Assembly: GCA_964016885.1 (NCBI GenBank)
Contig: OZ024742.1
Span: forward strand, 144,398,001-144,462,000
Reading direction: 5' to 3'
Source: Eledone cirrhosa
Lineage: Eukaryota
DNA: 64,000 nt
In this document: positions 14,066 through 29,237 of the stretch, piece by piece
Layout: every line of letters starts with the position of its first letter
Position numbering within the stretch: position 1 is the stretch's first letter
Position numbers and translations under genes: made by a program
The notes under the pieces: model-generated
Database searches by the model: none
The model's input: only the letters and a program-made list of their open reading frames with translations
What the model was told of the DNA's origin: nothing

Positions 14066-14277
14066 GTGGATTGGCAGTATCGGTAAAGCGTCAGACACCA
14101 TGCTTTGTAGCATAGAGTTATGGCCTTCTACATTCTGAGTTCAAATCCCGCCGAGGTTAGCTTTGTCTTTCATCCTTACGAGGTCAATAAAATAAAGCAC
14201 CAGTAATACAATGGAGTCGATTTAATCGATTTTCGTCTCCAGCAAAATGTTTTGCCTTGTGCCTAATTCAGAAACCA
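14066..14277 (+). mobile_element. Nin-domain SINE copy
   Basis: A-box-like tggcagtatcgg, B box gagttcaaatcc, core and tail. Confidence 0.85.
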
Positions 14278-14299
14278 GAAATCAGAAACTGCTTTTGTG

Positions 14300-14720
14300 T
14301 CTCCTGTCGCTTGGCTTTGCCCAATTATTCTTTCTTTAAACATTCGACCACATATTCGTAGTACCTGAGACGTAGCGTCCCTACCTGGAGCGACTCTCTG
14401 ATTTCTCGGCTATGCAACCTATCGAGTAACATTACTGCAAAAAACCCTTCGAAGGAACACTTGTTTCGTGGTCGTATTCTTTTGGTGATTACCCAAGATT
14501 CATAGGTTGGTACGGACACCGAATTGAAGATAGCGAATCTGGCTTTTACATCTACTCCCCACCCTCTAAAGACAATGTGCTGAGGTTGGCGCATTATTGC
14601 GTCAGCTCCAGTAGTTCTTGCATTAATTCAGCCTTCTAGCCTCCATCACTCGAAAAAACGTCGCCGAAATCTTTGAATTTCTCCACTTGCTTCATTGGAC
14701 CTTCATTCACATGTAGAGGC
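14300..14720 (-). mobile_element. Decayed RTE-clade LINE fragment (RT thumb region)
   Basis: Translates to KQVEKFKDFG..FSSDG and KARFAIFNSVSVPTYESW, remnants of the FKYLG and YGxExW motifs; stops and frameshifts present. Confidence 0.6.
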
Positions 14721-15414
14721 TTTCATGAAAGGATAAATATCTCAGTTTTCGCAGCACTGACTTTCATTCCTGCTGTGCAAGAACATCATAGCAACTACTA
14801 TCATCACTACCGTCAACAAAACAGCAACGCAGCAACAATAATATTTCCAAAGTTGAAACGAATAAACCTCAATCGGTTTCAACGATGATTGCTCCAGAAG
14901 TCTGATCAACGGAACAGCCTCTTCGCGAATTAACGTGTAAGTAGTTACATATTCCATAGACACGTGTACCCATAACATAATTCTCTAGAAGATTCAGGGT
15001 GACACAGTTTGCGACAAGAATGGCTTTTTTAAATTACAGATTCAATCAATCTGATCAGCTTCTAAACAGTTTCACTTTACCAGATTTCACTCACAAGTTT
15101 TGGATCGAGCCAAGGCCATAAAAATGACATAAAGATGCCACACAGTGATATTGGACTCGGGACCTAATGATTGCGAAATGAAATTCTGAACGATTCGTCT
15201 ATACTGTGTCTCATATCAAACTTAAAGCAAATCTAAATATATGTAATATCTGAAAAAATAATCGATGTGATATGTGAGAGGTTTTAATACAGATAATAAT
15301 ATGTCTCAACAAATCCCCACACTTGTAAATTACAGTCTGCAAATATACACCTGCATTTAACGAAATAACAACGTTTACCATGATGTTTGTGTTTGACCAC
15401 AGAATGCACTGATG

Positions 15415-15512
<98 letters not shown>

Positions 15513-16149
15513 TTATTTATTTATTTATATATAGATATATACGGCGTAACAAATTATTGTTATAGGGAGTCCACTAAAGTGTAGTCCAGTTATGGTACTC
15601 TGGGTAGTGGATGAAAACCTTTTTTGTATAGCAAACCGTGTCACTCTTCTTTCCTGATTTATATATACCGGAGGTATATGGTCTTTAAAGCGATGAAATA
15701 CCAATGATGGTTGGAAGATCACTGATGAAGGACTAACTTTCTTCATATGTAACCCATTAGCAACCACGCAGCACGTTTATTCTCATATTTACACATATTT
15801 TCCCCCGCTGTGACCCGTCTATTACTGCTTCCTCTTTATCTGTATCTTTACCCTCTCTAACAGTCACTCTCTCTGTTAGCCTCTTCCTCACCCTTCACTC
15901 ACTCACTCTCTGTTACTAACTCTCCTCCTCCTCCTTCTTCCCGTTTGACCTGTGCGTAATTCTTTTCTTTCGCACCCTTGGTCAGGCAGGTCGCTTTTTT
16001 TCTCTCTCTGTCGTCTACGATTTCACAGAACTTACGTTCACCGAATTCACAGACTAGATCCCTTCTTCCTCCCGTTAGACCTGTACGGAATTCCTTCCTT
16101 GCTCACATTCCAACCAGGTTTGATGGTCTTTATTCTCTCTCGTTCACAT

Positions 16150-16411
16150 TCTCTCTCGCCTACATTAGTGATCCCCTCTGGCTTCTCAACATTATCTACC
16201 AGATATTTTGTTTTAGTCTCATTCATTCTCAGCCCCACACTCATCGACACAGTCTCAACCTCCCGCATAAAATCCTCTGCCTCCTTCACTGTATTTGAAG
16301 GAGACTGAGGTTAGCTGGACATGCTCACCGACATCCAGAGTTGACATTGCACTCAGTGCTCCTTTGGGAGCCCCTACATGGACACACTAGAAGAGGAAGA
16401 CCAAGGTTAAC

Positions 16412-16415
<4 letters not shown>
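16150..16415. mobile_element. RTE-type LINE fragment with internal inversion
   Basis: Minus 16150-16300 encodes EVETVSMSVGLRMNETKTKYL; plus 16298-16415 encodes RRLRLAGHAHRHPE..LLWEPLHGHTRRGRPRLTY. Confidence 0.65.
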
Positions 16416-16439
<24 letters not shown>

Positions 16440-16445
<6 letters not shown>

Positions 16446-16825
16446 TATTAAAAAAATAATGAATAAACAAAGAAACAGTTCCTTATATTAAACAAAAAAA
16501 GTTCATTATTTTACGATCGTTTCTAGGACATATATGTGTTAGAATTGGTATGCATATTCAAAAGATCTATGTACAAATATGCATACCAATTCTAACACAT
16601 ATATGTCCTAGAAACGATCGTAAAATAATGAACTTTTTTTGTTTAATATAAGGAACTGTTTCTTTGTTTATTCATTATTTTTTTAATAATTTATCTTGAC
16701 TCTGTATTCCGTTTATCTTTCACCGAAAGTGATTTTTGAATGCATCTTTTCTTTTCATGATATCCGGATTACATTGAGTTCTTCATACGGATTGGACACT
16801 ACCGTAAACTTTTGGTAGATTTATC

Positions 16826-16828
<3 letters not shown>
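16440..16828. mobile_element. (TA)n-flanked fold-back element with 119-bp arms and a tail
   Basis: IR 16440-16558/16576-16694; GAAAC-GATC-GTA hammerhead-like 3' half at 16611-16622; tail 16695-16828 ends in (TA)n. Confidence 0.8.
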
Positions 16829-16897
<69 letters not shown>

Positions 16898-16902
<5 letters not shown>

Positions 16903-17004
16903 TCCAATCCGTATGAAGAACTCAATGTAATCCGGATATCATGAAAAGAAAAGATGCATTCAAAAATCACTTTCGGTGAAAGATAAACGGAATACAGAGT
17001 CAAG

Positions 17005-17013
<9 letters not shown>
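16898..17013 (-). repeat. Inverted copy of the tail of the preceding element inside (TA)n
   Basis: Reverse complement of 16686-16801. Confidence 0.9.
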
Positions 17014-17839
<826 letters not shown>

Positions 17840-18120
17840 AGCCCTCACCAAACATCCTAAATCGAATGCCAGCCCATGACTCTTGCCAAACCAACCCGTA
17901 TTCACCCTCCAAATTCGGCAAATACATGGACAGCATATCCTCACAAACTCGGCTTACGGAACCGGACCGCAACAGCCTACTAATGGGGGATACAGATATT
18001 ACTAAGCTGCAGCTGTCGTAGATTCTCGAGTTGTGTTGGTGGAGGAGAGGGGTAACCACAGTTAAAAAGGTACTCAATACATTGGTAGAGCATAGGCATC
18101 TTTATTATACTGAGAATTGA

Positions 18121-18215
18121 CTTCTACAAGACTAGAACTGCTTCATTCGTATACAATCATCAGGACATTCCTGATGATTTCATATGAAGGAAACAGTTCT
18201 AGTCTTGTAGTAGAA
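18121..18215. ncRNA. Back-to-back pair of family C hammerhead motifs
   Basis: Plus CTGATGA(18171)-tttc atat gaag-GAAA-cagttctagtcttg-TA; minus copy with TCATCAG at 18157-18163 has GAAG in place of GAAA. Confidence 0.6.
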
Positions 18216-18639
18216 ATTTCTCCCTCTCTCTACACACACATGCATATATTCTTCTTTGTAGATATATTTTTTTCGTTTCACCCGCATATCACCTTTCTTA
18301 TAGTTATTATGCTTTGTGATCAGTGATCTTGAGTAGTAACAGGAAATAACTTCTCCACTACAATAATGAAACTCTACTTCCATATCGAGTGCTTTTTCTT
18401 TTGATCGTAAACTCAAACGTACATGTACGCACACACACATACACACACACACACTTACATACATGTACACATACACACACAACATACACAGATGCACACC
18501 TATGTATATTTAATGCCCTGTTACATTCATTCACTTCCGACATTCTAAAAGGAATAGAGAAAGCTATTAATCTTCCTTATTGTTTAATCACTCCCTCTAT
18601 CTCCTTTAATGACGACCTGTGCAGTTTGAATAAAGCCAG

Positions 18640-19393
18640 AAATACTAGAAACCTAATGTTGTGTGCCATTCACCATTGAATCTTCGAGATATTTTTCGAA
18701 AAACTTGTTGATATGCTTTGAATCACGATATCGAGCATATAAATAATGATTTCACCATAGACCATAGATATCATAAGGTATTTAATAGATATAGCATTAA
18801 GGTGAGCTAAAGTTGCACCGAAAACGTCGATAGATATAACAAACACAATCACTCAAAATTATTTCATTTATGTAACTGCAACAACCATAATATATATCCT
18901 GTCAGCGGTAAATGTGTTTCTAAAATATTAACCAATCGAGCAATTTCTTCCTTGTAAATTATAGTCAAATAAAACGTTATACCGAGATCACTGAATATCC
19001 TTTTAAAAAGACTTGTGCAACATATTATACGTTCAGACACTCAGATAGATGCTTACAGTTAGCTAGAATGTAATAAACCAATTGATAAACGTACGAAGTC
19101 ATTGGGTAAGTTTGAAAAATTGAAATCTACTTCCCTGTTCAAGATTGTAATTAGATAGCCAAAGGTTGTCAGACGTTTGGATGTAATACGTATCGCAGAC
19201 ATACAGCAAATGATAAGTTTGTCTTCCGCTGGCGTCTCTGACAACATTTACATTTTTTTCTGTGTCAATGAGTAATTTACCCGACTTATTCGACTCTTTT
19301 ACAGTTAATATATGCATTGTGGCAGCTTTTTATATGAACGACAAATAGACTTCAAAATTTTAACTTGTACAATGTCTTCTTAAATTTATCGGT

Positions 19394-19395
<2 letters not shown>
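18640..19395 (+). mobile_element. Decayed Penelope-like element 3' portion (Nematis-like linker and GIY-YIG)
   Basis: Remnants HRYHKVFNRYSIKVS*SCTEN, CNCNNHNIYPVSGKC, ITEYPFKK and a terminal RH; ends at (TA)n. Confidence 0.6.
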
Positions 19396-19468
<73 letters not shown>

Positions 19469-19644
19469 GTAATTAGCTTGTTTGTTTGCAGTTGACGTTT
19501 TTTGTACTACAGTCGATTGTAAAACCGCCTAGCGTTTTTGTAATTTGTCACTTTAATATCACATATCCGGCGTCCTGGGGCAATAAAACAGATCAACACA
19601 GACGGCATTATGTAAGATAATTTTCAGGTAGATGAGGAACCAAC

Positions 19645-19759
<115 letters not shown>

Positions 19760-20052
19760 TAACGATAACAATAATTATAATAAATAGAATATAGAAAAAT
19801 GAAATAAAAGAATGTTTGAAATAAAGTAGAAATTCAAACTAAAAATAATAGCATCAGTTACTATACACATGGTAAAATATTATTTCTCCCTCTTTCCACT
19901 CCTTCAAATACTTGCGTATGCGTGCACACACACAACACATACATGCACAGCCACATAATATATAAATGTGTGCTTATGAGTTAAGGCATTTGAGTATGTG
20001 TATAAGTCTGTGTGCGCCGAGAAATGTGGAGAAAATGCAACAAGCAGACACA

Positions 20053-20126
<74 letters not shown>

Positions 20127-20296
20127 GACATATATATATATATACATACACATATATGTGTATATATATAATTACATATATATATACATACACATATGTA
20201 GATATATACATATATGTGTGTGTGTTCATCCTACATAAACCATCGATCTATTTTACCACGTCTTCTTTCTTTCTTTCTTTCTCTCTATCTCTTCCC

Positions 20297-20362
<66 letters not shown>

Positions 20363-20565
20363 TTCTGTCCCTCTCTCTCTCGTTCTTCTTTTCTCCATTA
20401 CATGCACAAAATTTTATGTTCGTAAATGCAAATATCCTGTCACGTTCTGGCGTCTCTGTGACTGCCTGCAGAGTTCACTTCTGATATGCATTTGAGATAG
20501 ACTGAAAATTTGTTAAATCTGCTCAGGGACGCTGATTTATGCTATAGCAAGGTTAACAGTCCTTC

Positions 20566-20657
<92 letters not shown>

Positions 20658-22038
20658 TACTTCCTGTTTCCCTCTCATTCCTTCTCGATCTCCGAGTATC
20701 AGTTTTCTTTCAATCGATTTATAACAGAATTAAAAGAACAAAATCTATAGCGAATGACGAATTGCATCAAATGTCTACCTCCTATATGAATGACACTTGG
20801 AAGCCATTAATCTCAAAGATGTCTCTCTCTCTCTCTCTCTCTCTTCCTCCCCTCTCTTTCTCTCTCTTCGTTTTCTTCTTCACATAATAATAATAATAAT
20901 AATAATAATCATTATCATCATCATCAACATCGTTTTCTTCTAGTTCTTCTCCTTCACCTTCTCCATTGTTTTCTTTGTCTTCATATTTTTTCATCACCAT
21001 CACTACCACCACCACCACCACAACCAACAACACCCACCCCCGCTACCACAGCCATCATCATCGTCGTCGACTGCGGTGGCATAATATTACTTTGCTTCAG
21101 TAGATCATTTCTCAGCTGCCATCCCCTCCCTCTCACACATATTTGACTTCATTTTTATCATCTTTCCTCCACTCCCCACCCTGAACCGAACCATATAACA
21201 TACTCCAAAGCAATCGCTCTTCTGTTCGTTTATCTTTGAAACCATACATACCGGCTCTTGGTCTTCATTTCATTTATGTATAGTAGTAATTGTTGCTATT
21301 TGGCTCCAGGTCAGGCCTTATCAAACAAACATATGATCAAAGGCATTCCATTCATGACCATCCTCGCTTTCTTTTTTAAAGGTAAGAACTGTATTGTTCA
21401 ATATGTCCAATGTTTTTATAAAGTAGTATGGTGTGATTTGAGGGTGATTTGGCTGCAATTTTAAACCAGCTAACTGAGCGTGTGAAGGCTTCTACAATGC
21501 TATAGATAATAATTGTTGCTATTTAGATTTAGGTCAGTCCTAATTGAGTTGATCTGGAATGAACGGCCCGCCCATCCCTGACCACTTTGTTAAATTTTTA
21601 AACAGTGGAGTATGTTGTAAGGGATGTTTATAAGCTGTTGCTAGAAGATTAACTAGAGCTTTTTTTTATTGGTAATAAATAGTTTGATATAACGACATCA
21701 GATCAGAATTTTATTTTAATGAAATGGGTAAAATTCAATTGAATTGACCTTAATATACACTTGGGATTTTATCGGTTCTCGCGAGATTGCAGTCCGCGGA
21801 GCACAGCCCCATTACAACCGTACCCTAGGCAGGCCCAGAGCCCAATAACCCTCCAGATTCTTCTGTGACACTAGAGACCTTGTCGTTTATTTTGCTTTTT
21901 TCTTTATATTTTCATATTTTACATTCCATTCTTTTTTCTCAATCTAAATTTTCTTTTTCGATATATTCCATAAACAAATAAAATATGTTGCTATTTGTTA
22001 AAGATAAAATGTTACTCAACTGGATTCAAACTCGATCC

Positions 22039-22170
22039 CTGCTCACTGCTATCGGAGAGGAGTTGGCTGCCTGCAGGTACAAGCCCCGCGAAGTAGAGTG
22101 GCTGTTCCAGCGCATCTACCTCGCCGTCCTCCTGTCGGCCGGGACCATGAGACGGACGACATATTAGAGC
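22039..22170 (+). mobile_element. CRE-clade non-LTR element C-terminal fragment
   Basis: LLTAIGEELAACRYKPREVEWLFQRIYLAVL resembles the CRE C-terminal E..WLxQRxSxA motif. Confidence 0.5.
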
Positions 22171-22337
22171 AGATGACTCTAGCACAAGTATGTCAAACTG
22201 AAGGTCACCTGAGAGCCACGTGGGTCACAAAGGCATTGTCTGAGGGCCACTCACGACAACTAATTGCGCACATTACAACTAATTTCTTTTATTTTATATT
22301 ACGAAGATAAAACATGCTCGTGCCTAAAAACCTTTGT

Positions 22338-22402
22338 GCGGGTCGCAAGTGTGCTTGTAAAGGGTCGCATGCGACCCGCGTGCCCCATGTTTGACATGCC
22401 TG
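22338..22402. mobile_element. hAT/Charlie-type MITE end
   Basis: gggtcgcatgcgaccc subterminal palindrome followed by gtttgacatgcctg terminus. Confidence 0.45.
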
Positions 22403-22828
22403 CTCTAGCATATGAGTCCTTTGAGGTTATATAGTCAATTGAAACCTATTCGCATTGTCTTTATAAAAATTACATATATTTCTATTAATTACTCAGTGGT
22501 TTTCGGTATTTATGCAATCAATACAATAAAAGGACAAAACTAAATAAAAGATTCTACTGAATCGCAGAGTTTACCGTTTCTCTCACTCCTCAAATGTACT
22601 CTAACTGTGTCTATGTTTAAAAGATTAATCCATCGCCCAGTCTAACACCATCACCTGGGATTTGTATCTGAGTAAGTTATATGCATATATGTAGGTGTGT
22701 GTGCTTATACTTATTTTATGAGTAGACATATCTCTGTAGTTCATGGGTATTTGTGTGTGTATGTATGTGTTTAAGTGTATATATATATGTGTGCATACAC
22801 ACACATACATATATATATGTATGTATGT

Positions 22829-25800
22829 TCTTCTGGTTTTATAATTTCACAAGTGTTTACCAATAGAGAGAGAGTCGGTTTCTAACATAGACACAAGACT
22901 CTCTCACTGGAATTTACACAACATCAACTAGGTAGATTATGTATGCATGCCTGCATGCATGGATGTGTAGATATGGATGTTATTGTATGTGTGCATGTGT
23001 CAATGATTTGTATCTGTACATGTGTATATGCAGTTATTAGATGCAACATTTTAGGAATGTTTTACATATTTTTACTGTTCTATTAATAGATTGTACTTGT
23101 AATTTCCTAACTAGTTGTGTACTTTCTGTTCCTGTGAAGCCTAGCTTCTCAAGATTTGTATTGAAGCAGTTACTAACATACCCCAGTGCCCCAATAATCA
23201 CAGGCATAAATCTGAAGGTGTAATCAGGGTGGAGTATCTGCAGATTTCTCATCAGTTCTGCATAAATAGTCTCCTTTTCGCTAATCTTTGATATTATATT
23301 AGCATCTGCTGGGCAGCTAACTTCCACTACTGTGCATGCTTTCTTTTCCCTGTCCCATATCATAATGTCTGGTCTGTAATGCCTGCATTTTATTGGGGTT
23401 TTTACTGGAACATTCCACCAGTACTCTTTCATATTATGTATATATAATGTCTTCCACATTACTGTAGCTTTTAATGTGTTTATTATCGGGGCTATATTTT
23501 CTACGGATTGCATTGTACAGTGTTTTGGCCACTACATCATGCATCATAGATAGATAGTACCGCGATGACATCTTTGGACAGCTGCTGATGACATGGGTGA
23601 CATCTTCGATGTTAGTTCTGCAGAGTCTGCACTTGTTATCACATCTAGGTGTTTTGCCTGCATCCCTATCTCTTTTGTAAATCAGGTATTTCGTGTTAAT
23701 TTCCTGTTCTTGGATTGCAAAAGCGTATCCTTCAAAATGGGAGCCAATATAGCGGTTGTTGGTCCAAGATAGACTAATTTGCTTATCTATATTACTCTCA
23801 CTCTAGAGCTTCCTGGCAACATATCCATGCATGATTTTTTGCTGATAAGCATGCAGTTTTTCATCCATGGATTCACTGCGATCTTGCTGAGCGACTTCCC
23901 TGGGTGTGAGGTTTTGATTATCACACATGGAATATCTCTCGAGGAGTTCCTTTCCAACTCTCATGATTTTATACAGATAGATTTGCTCGAGAGACGGGCT
24001 CCTACGAGGTTCGTAGATGTTGTCGGAGGGATATGATGCAACATTCAAATACTGTCTGGACCGATGTTAGGCCTCTGCCTCTCTGCTTACGTTTCAAGTA
24101 AAGGCGGTCTATGTCACTGTTGATGTGGAAGTTTCCGGTGTTGTTTAGTCTTTTTCGAGTTCTAACATCAACTGCTCGGATTTCGTCTATCGTCCAATTG
24201 AGTATTCCAAACGTTGGTGTTAGGACAGGCACAGCAAACACATTGTGAGCCACTGTTTTGTGTTGCGCAGAAAGTTTCGATGACCAAATCTTTCTTAATC
24301 GGGTGTAGTATTCCCTGGTTACGCGTTCCTTATTACAGATACCATTATAGGATATGTTCTCACCTATCCCCAGGTATCTGTAGCAGTCCTCATCAGATAT
24401 CGGTAAAACAGTTAGGCCATTGATGACAATGTTGCTAGATTGGGTTGTTGTTTTTCCCCGCTTTACAGTCATGTATGAGCATTTATCTTGGCCAAACTCC
24501 ATTCCTATATCCTTTAAGAACGTTGTAACCAGGTCAAGATTTGTCTTCATCCCATCCATGTGCTTGGCATAGAGTTTCAGATCATCCACAAAGATACTAT
24601 GGGTTAGGTTCGTATTTCTGTCCTCATGTGATCCAATGATGTATCCTTCACATTTCTTGAGCAGAAAGGACGAGGGGTTTAATGACAGGATGAATAATAT
24701 CACAGAGAGATGTCTCCCTGAAATATAACCCTGTGATATTTTATTTTATCAGTGAAAATAGAGTCCTCCTTCTCTGTCTTTAAGCTTAGGATAGTAGCCC
24801 AAGAAGAAGACAGCTTCTCTGTGGTTCTGATAATAATGTCTGGGACTTTAGCAAGTTGGAGGGCCTCTATCATCCAAGAGTGGGGAACAGAATCGAAAGC
24901 TTTCCTGTAGTCCAGCCAGACTGTAGCCATATTTCTCCTAAGTTGTCGCACCTCCGACATCGCAGTTTTGTTGATTAGGAGTTGTTCAGCACATCCCCAA
25001 ACCCCTTTCTTTCCAGCTGCTTGTTCATATGTTATGATGTTATTATTTTCACAGTGATCTTGGAGGAATAGGTTCAGGCAGGCTGTATACATCTTATACA
25101 TCAGGTTCTGGCATGCAATGGGTCGGTAGTTTTTTTCCAAATGGGTGTCTTTGTTCTTGGGGACCAGTAATGTTTGTGCTAATGTCAACCATTCTGGTAT
25201 AAGTGTTTCTCCCTTAAGAACTTGTTGGTAGAGGTCAGTAAGATACATCCGATAGAATATCAGTTTGTTGTACCAGTAGCCGACAATCATGTCTCTTCCT
25301 GGTGTTTTCTTATCTTGGAGTTTTCCTATCACAGTCTCAAGAGTACCCTCACTTATTTCGTATGTTTTTGTTGTAGTCTAGGAGCAATAGTTCTTTCGGA
25401 TTACTTTTAGCCACACTGCATCTTGGTTGAAATTCTTCTTTTCACCCCATATTTTTCACCAAAAGGAATCTATGTCTTTCTGGGATACTTATTATTTTTC
25501 CCTTCATATCTCTATAGACTGATATTTGGTTTTGTCTGAATCTTTTATTAAGCTCTTTTCTTTCATCTACCTTCTTCAGGTATCGGCGCTTTTTCGCTAA
25601 CAGCTCTCAATTCTTGTTTGAAGGTGATCAGCTTATATTGAAAAGTGCTGATTCTACTGTTACCAAACATCGTCTCTATTTTATTTTTCACTCTTTGTTG
25701 GTGAGGAGTGAGGTTTTTTGTTATGTTTGTTTGCATGTAAGGAGCATTGTCACATATCCTATGGTTTTTCGTAGGTCAGCAATCTTTTTTTCTATTTTAG

Positions 25801-26419
25801 TTATATATGATTGTATTTTTGGTGGCGTTTTGTTCGTTAATATCTCTGCTATCACCAAGATAATGCTTCACTGTCGTTGCCAGGGCATATAAACAGGCGT
25901 TGATTTGCATGGTGACCTGTAGCACATGTTGTTGATTCCATGTTTGTTGTGGGGGACTTACAATTAATAATATTTCTCTTATTTTTACGTTCAACAAACG
26001 TCGCTTGTTGGCGTAATTGTTTCGCTGTGAAATGATTTAGCTCTGGGTGTATTTTGTCCCAGTGTAGCTTCATTCTGTTCATATAGCCAATGGAGGGATT
26101 GTTTTTTGCCATTTTATAACAATTAAATAAATCGTCATTAAGTTCGCAACTCCAAGAGAAATGCTATTTATAATTTCGATTTCTTCTGTAAACACAACTG
26201 AATAAAGTTTGTTTACTTTTCTTGTTGTTTTTCTTCGGTACTTCCTTAATGTTGTTGTTGTTGATGTTGTGTTCAGCCATGCTGTTTGTAGCAAATCCTT
26301 GTAAAATGAATTATGTATTTAGTCGTATATCTCTACGAATTCGAATAAAAGGTGTCTTCAGTAGATATAGTTAGAAGAATAACCAGTTATTCAACATGAC
26401 TGGTAGTTGTGGCATTACT
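22829..26419 (-). mobile_element. R4/Dong-clade non-LTR retrotransposon, frameshifted copy
   Basis: NYRPIAC, LDYRKAFDSVPH, IFQGD, FVDDLKLY, CRLC..H..C and RPDIMIWD..VEVSC (RLE endonuclease); (TATG)n at both ends. Confidence 0.9.
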
Positions 26420-26433
26420 GTATGTATGTATGT

Positions 26434-26712
26434 TCTTTAGGTCTTATTTTATAATTTTTCAAGATAGCGGATTGGCAGTATCGGTAGAGCGTCGAACAAC
26501 ATGCTTTGCAGCATAGTGTTATGTCCCTCCCTTTATGTTCTGAGTTCAAATCCCGCCGAAGTTAGTTTTTGCCTCCAATCCTTACGAGGTCGATAAAATA
26601 AAGCACTAGTATTGCATGGAGGTCAATTTAATCGACTTGTCTGTTGGCATTGTGCCTAAATCAGAAACCTTTATTTTATAAATTTCCCCACTAAAGAGAC
26701 AGAGAGAGAGAG

Positions 26713-26779
<67 letters not shown>

Positions 26780-26975
26780 GGTTTCTAACATAGTAACAAG
26801 TCTCTTTCACTTGAATTTAGATATCAGCTAGGTAAATACGTATGCATTTCTCTTTGTGTATTTTTGTGTGTGTGCAGGTATAGATTTCATTGCATGTGTC
26901 ATTACATGTTTCATTTCTAAAATGTTTTACATATTTTTACAGTTCCATTAATGGACTGTACTTGCAACTTCCTAA
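26434..26975 (-). mobile_element. 3' fragment of a second Dong copy, interrupted by a SINE
   Basis: 26670-26975 matches 22838-23110 (3' UTR and ORF end); starts at the same (TATG)n. Confidence 0.7.
26466..26669 (+). mobile_element. Nin-domain SINE copy
   Basis: Family motifs present. Confidence 0.85.
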
Positions 26976-27244
26976 CTTTTCATTTTTATATCTCTTGCGT
27001 ATTTTGATATCTGTTATACATAAACATATTATGTCAACTATATTTTACAAACTGGAGTTATACAATGAAGAAAATATTAAAAAAAAAAATCAAGTCAAAA
27101 TTAAGTAATGAAAAAAAAGTGGGGAGGGGTAATGAAAGGTGGATCTGGCTGTATAGGAAAGTAAAGGGAAAAAACTGTAACCGCCATATATGAGAAGAAA
27201 AGGAGGGAAAGAGCAATGATTATTAGGCATCGGAAGAGAGAGGG

Positions 27245-27560
27245 GATGTCGGAAGAACCGGCCTGCACTCTGGCTGCAAGACAGTGGGTGCAGACCCAAC
27301 TTGTTAACGACCGCCCCGCAACGGCATTTATGTGGCTCACACACGGGGAGGCCGAGGCGTTGGGCCACTCCGATACGTGTGCACTCGTCATCAAGAAGGG
27401 TACCGGTTGGTGAAGAGGGCACCGAATTGAGGCACTCACCACTGTGTGGCTGCGATGTGGATCGGAGGCAGATGAGGCGGTGTTGGTCCAAGCCAGACTC
27501 GATTTGCCGGAAGGAAGACCTGCACGTGATGTCGTCCCAGTTACGTTGGACATTTGATGT
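27245..27560 (-). mobile_element. CRE-clade non-LTR element fragment (CCHC region)
   Basis: QRNWD..HSGECLNSVPS..GTLLD..RLGLPVCEPHKCRCG..LGLHPLSC..AGRFFRH. Confidence 0.7.
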
Positions 27561-28544
27561 CTTAAAAAGAACATTGAACGATGCATTTCTTGATGTGAAA
27601 AATAACGGAATAATCGCATTTGATCATAGGTATGATCGATCAGGTTTGACGTACGGTTAAAAAAAAAAGTAATGACAATAAGTGTGGTATAATAATAAAA
27701 AAAAAAAGAATCATATGCTTGTAATTGATGGTTACAAGTTTCATATGCCAAGTAACTATTGAAGGATGATACCACCAATAGTTCATTGGTTTGACATATG
27801 TGTCCCAGCAGAGTTGTTCTTGTTGAAGCCCTGGTCAACCGTGATTGAGCAGACCTATAATAAAAAATATTGCAGCCATGACTTTTCTGTCTTTGTTTTA
27901 AGTGGGGAGGGGTGGGTGAAGCAGGGGTTATTTAGAAAAACAATATCTAATATTTTCTCTCCTAGGGAAGAATTGGCTACTATTTTTTAGACTCCCCTTT
28001 CATTGCTTCTTTGATAGAAGAATACCCACTTGGCAAGTGAGGGACGTGAGGGATTTATTCAGTGTTTACCTTTATCAAGGGAGAGTTTGAAAAGTAAGTG
28101 AGCCAATAACTTCAAACAATCGCAGTATTTCGAAGTGTACTGAAATTCTTTGTTTGTAAATCTGTAGAAATATGTACTTTAGTGTTGCTTTTCTTCATTG
28201 CCTTAGGGTTCCACGTTCACATTTTCTAAAACCTTCGATTCCTTTACCGAGTACATAGTTCTGTAGGAACAACAGTTTATTCTATTCTCGATTGTTGTGA
28301 ATGACATACTTAATGTGTTCTTTTCCCTCTAGAATAGTTGTCTGCTTAATCGATTTCAGAGCTTAGTTCCACGTCTCCTGCGTATTTCTCTATCCCCGAG
28401 GATGATGTTTTTGTGAATTTTCGCCTTCCTCTCGAGGACATATTTAATGCATATAGCTTGCATTGTTAACATAAACTGATTCTTCTGTTTAACATCATAG
28501 TTTTGTTTACAAATAATGCAAATTCAAAACAGACAAACACACAA

Positions 28545-28597
<53 letters not shown>

Positions 28598-28877
28598 AGC
28601 ACGCGCACGTACACACACACACACACATATATATATATACAAGCACGCGCACGTTCACATACACACGCACTCACACACGCGCGCACGCACACGCGCGCAC
28701 ACACACACATATATACATGATTAGCTTACAGTTTTATTAATCTGCTTCATGAGAAAATCACGATTGAAATAGATTTATAAAGCTCTGTAAACTAGTCAAG
28801 AATAAATAAATATATATGCATTCACGCACACATGCATTCACAAATACATGCACACAAATACACAAAAATACTCCCTC

Positions 28878-28925
<48 letters not shown>

Positions 28926-28972
28926 TATAAGGACAAGGAACAAGGATTCGGTGTTGCATTATAACATTTAAT

Positions 28973-29066
28973 AACATAATACATATGTTTCACTATCGGT
29001 CAGCTCGAGGCAAGACTTATTATAGGTCTAACCTGACTCTGTAATCGAAAAATCATCAGATATGTT
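28973..29066 (-). ncRNA. Type I hammerhead motif with long stem II (family E)
   Basis: Minus aacatat-CTGATGA-(61 nt with agg..agac/gtct..cct hairpin)-GAAA-catatg-TA-ttatgtt; 28927-28995 is mirrored at 29171-29236. Confidence 0.6.
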
Positions 29067-29237
29067 TAGTATATGATCTCGTCTCCAATTCTGTGTGTTC
29101 AAATCTCTAGCTATTAGCTATCTACAGCACATATTAACACCATGTTATTCTACGTCCGTTCATTGGTTCAATAAGTGAAACATATGTAATATGTTATTAT
29201 ATATGTTATGATGCAACACTGAATCTTTGTTCCTTAT

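Noticed and set aside
15722-15760. CTGATGA box
   Set aside because: No downstream stem II plus GAAA; a chance match.
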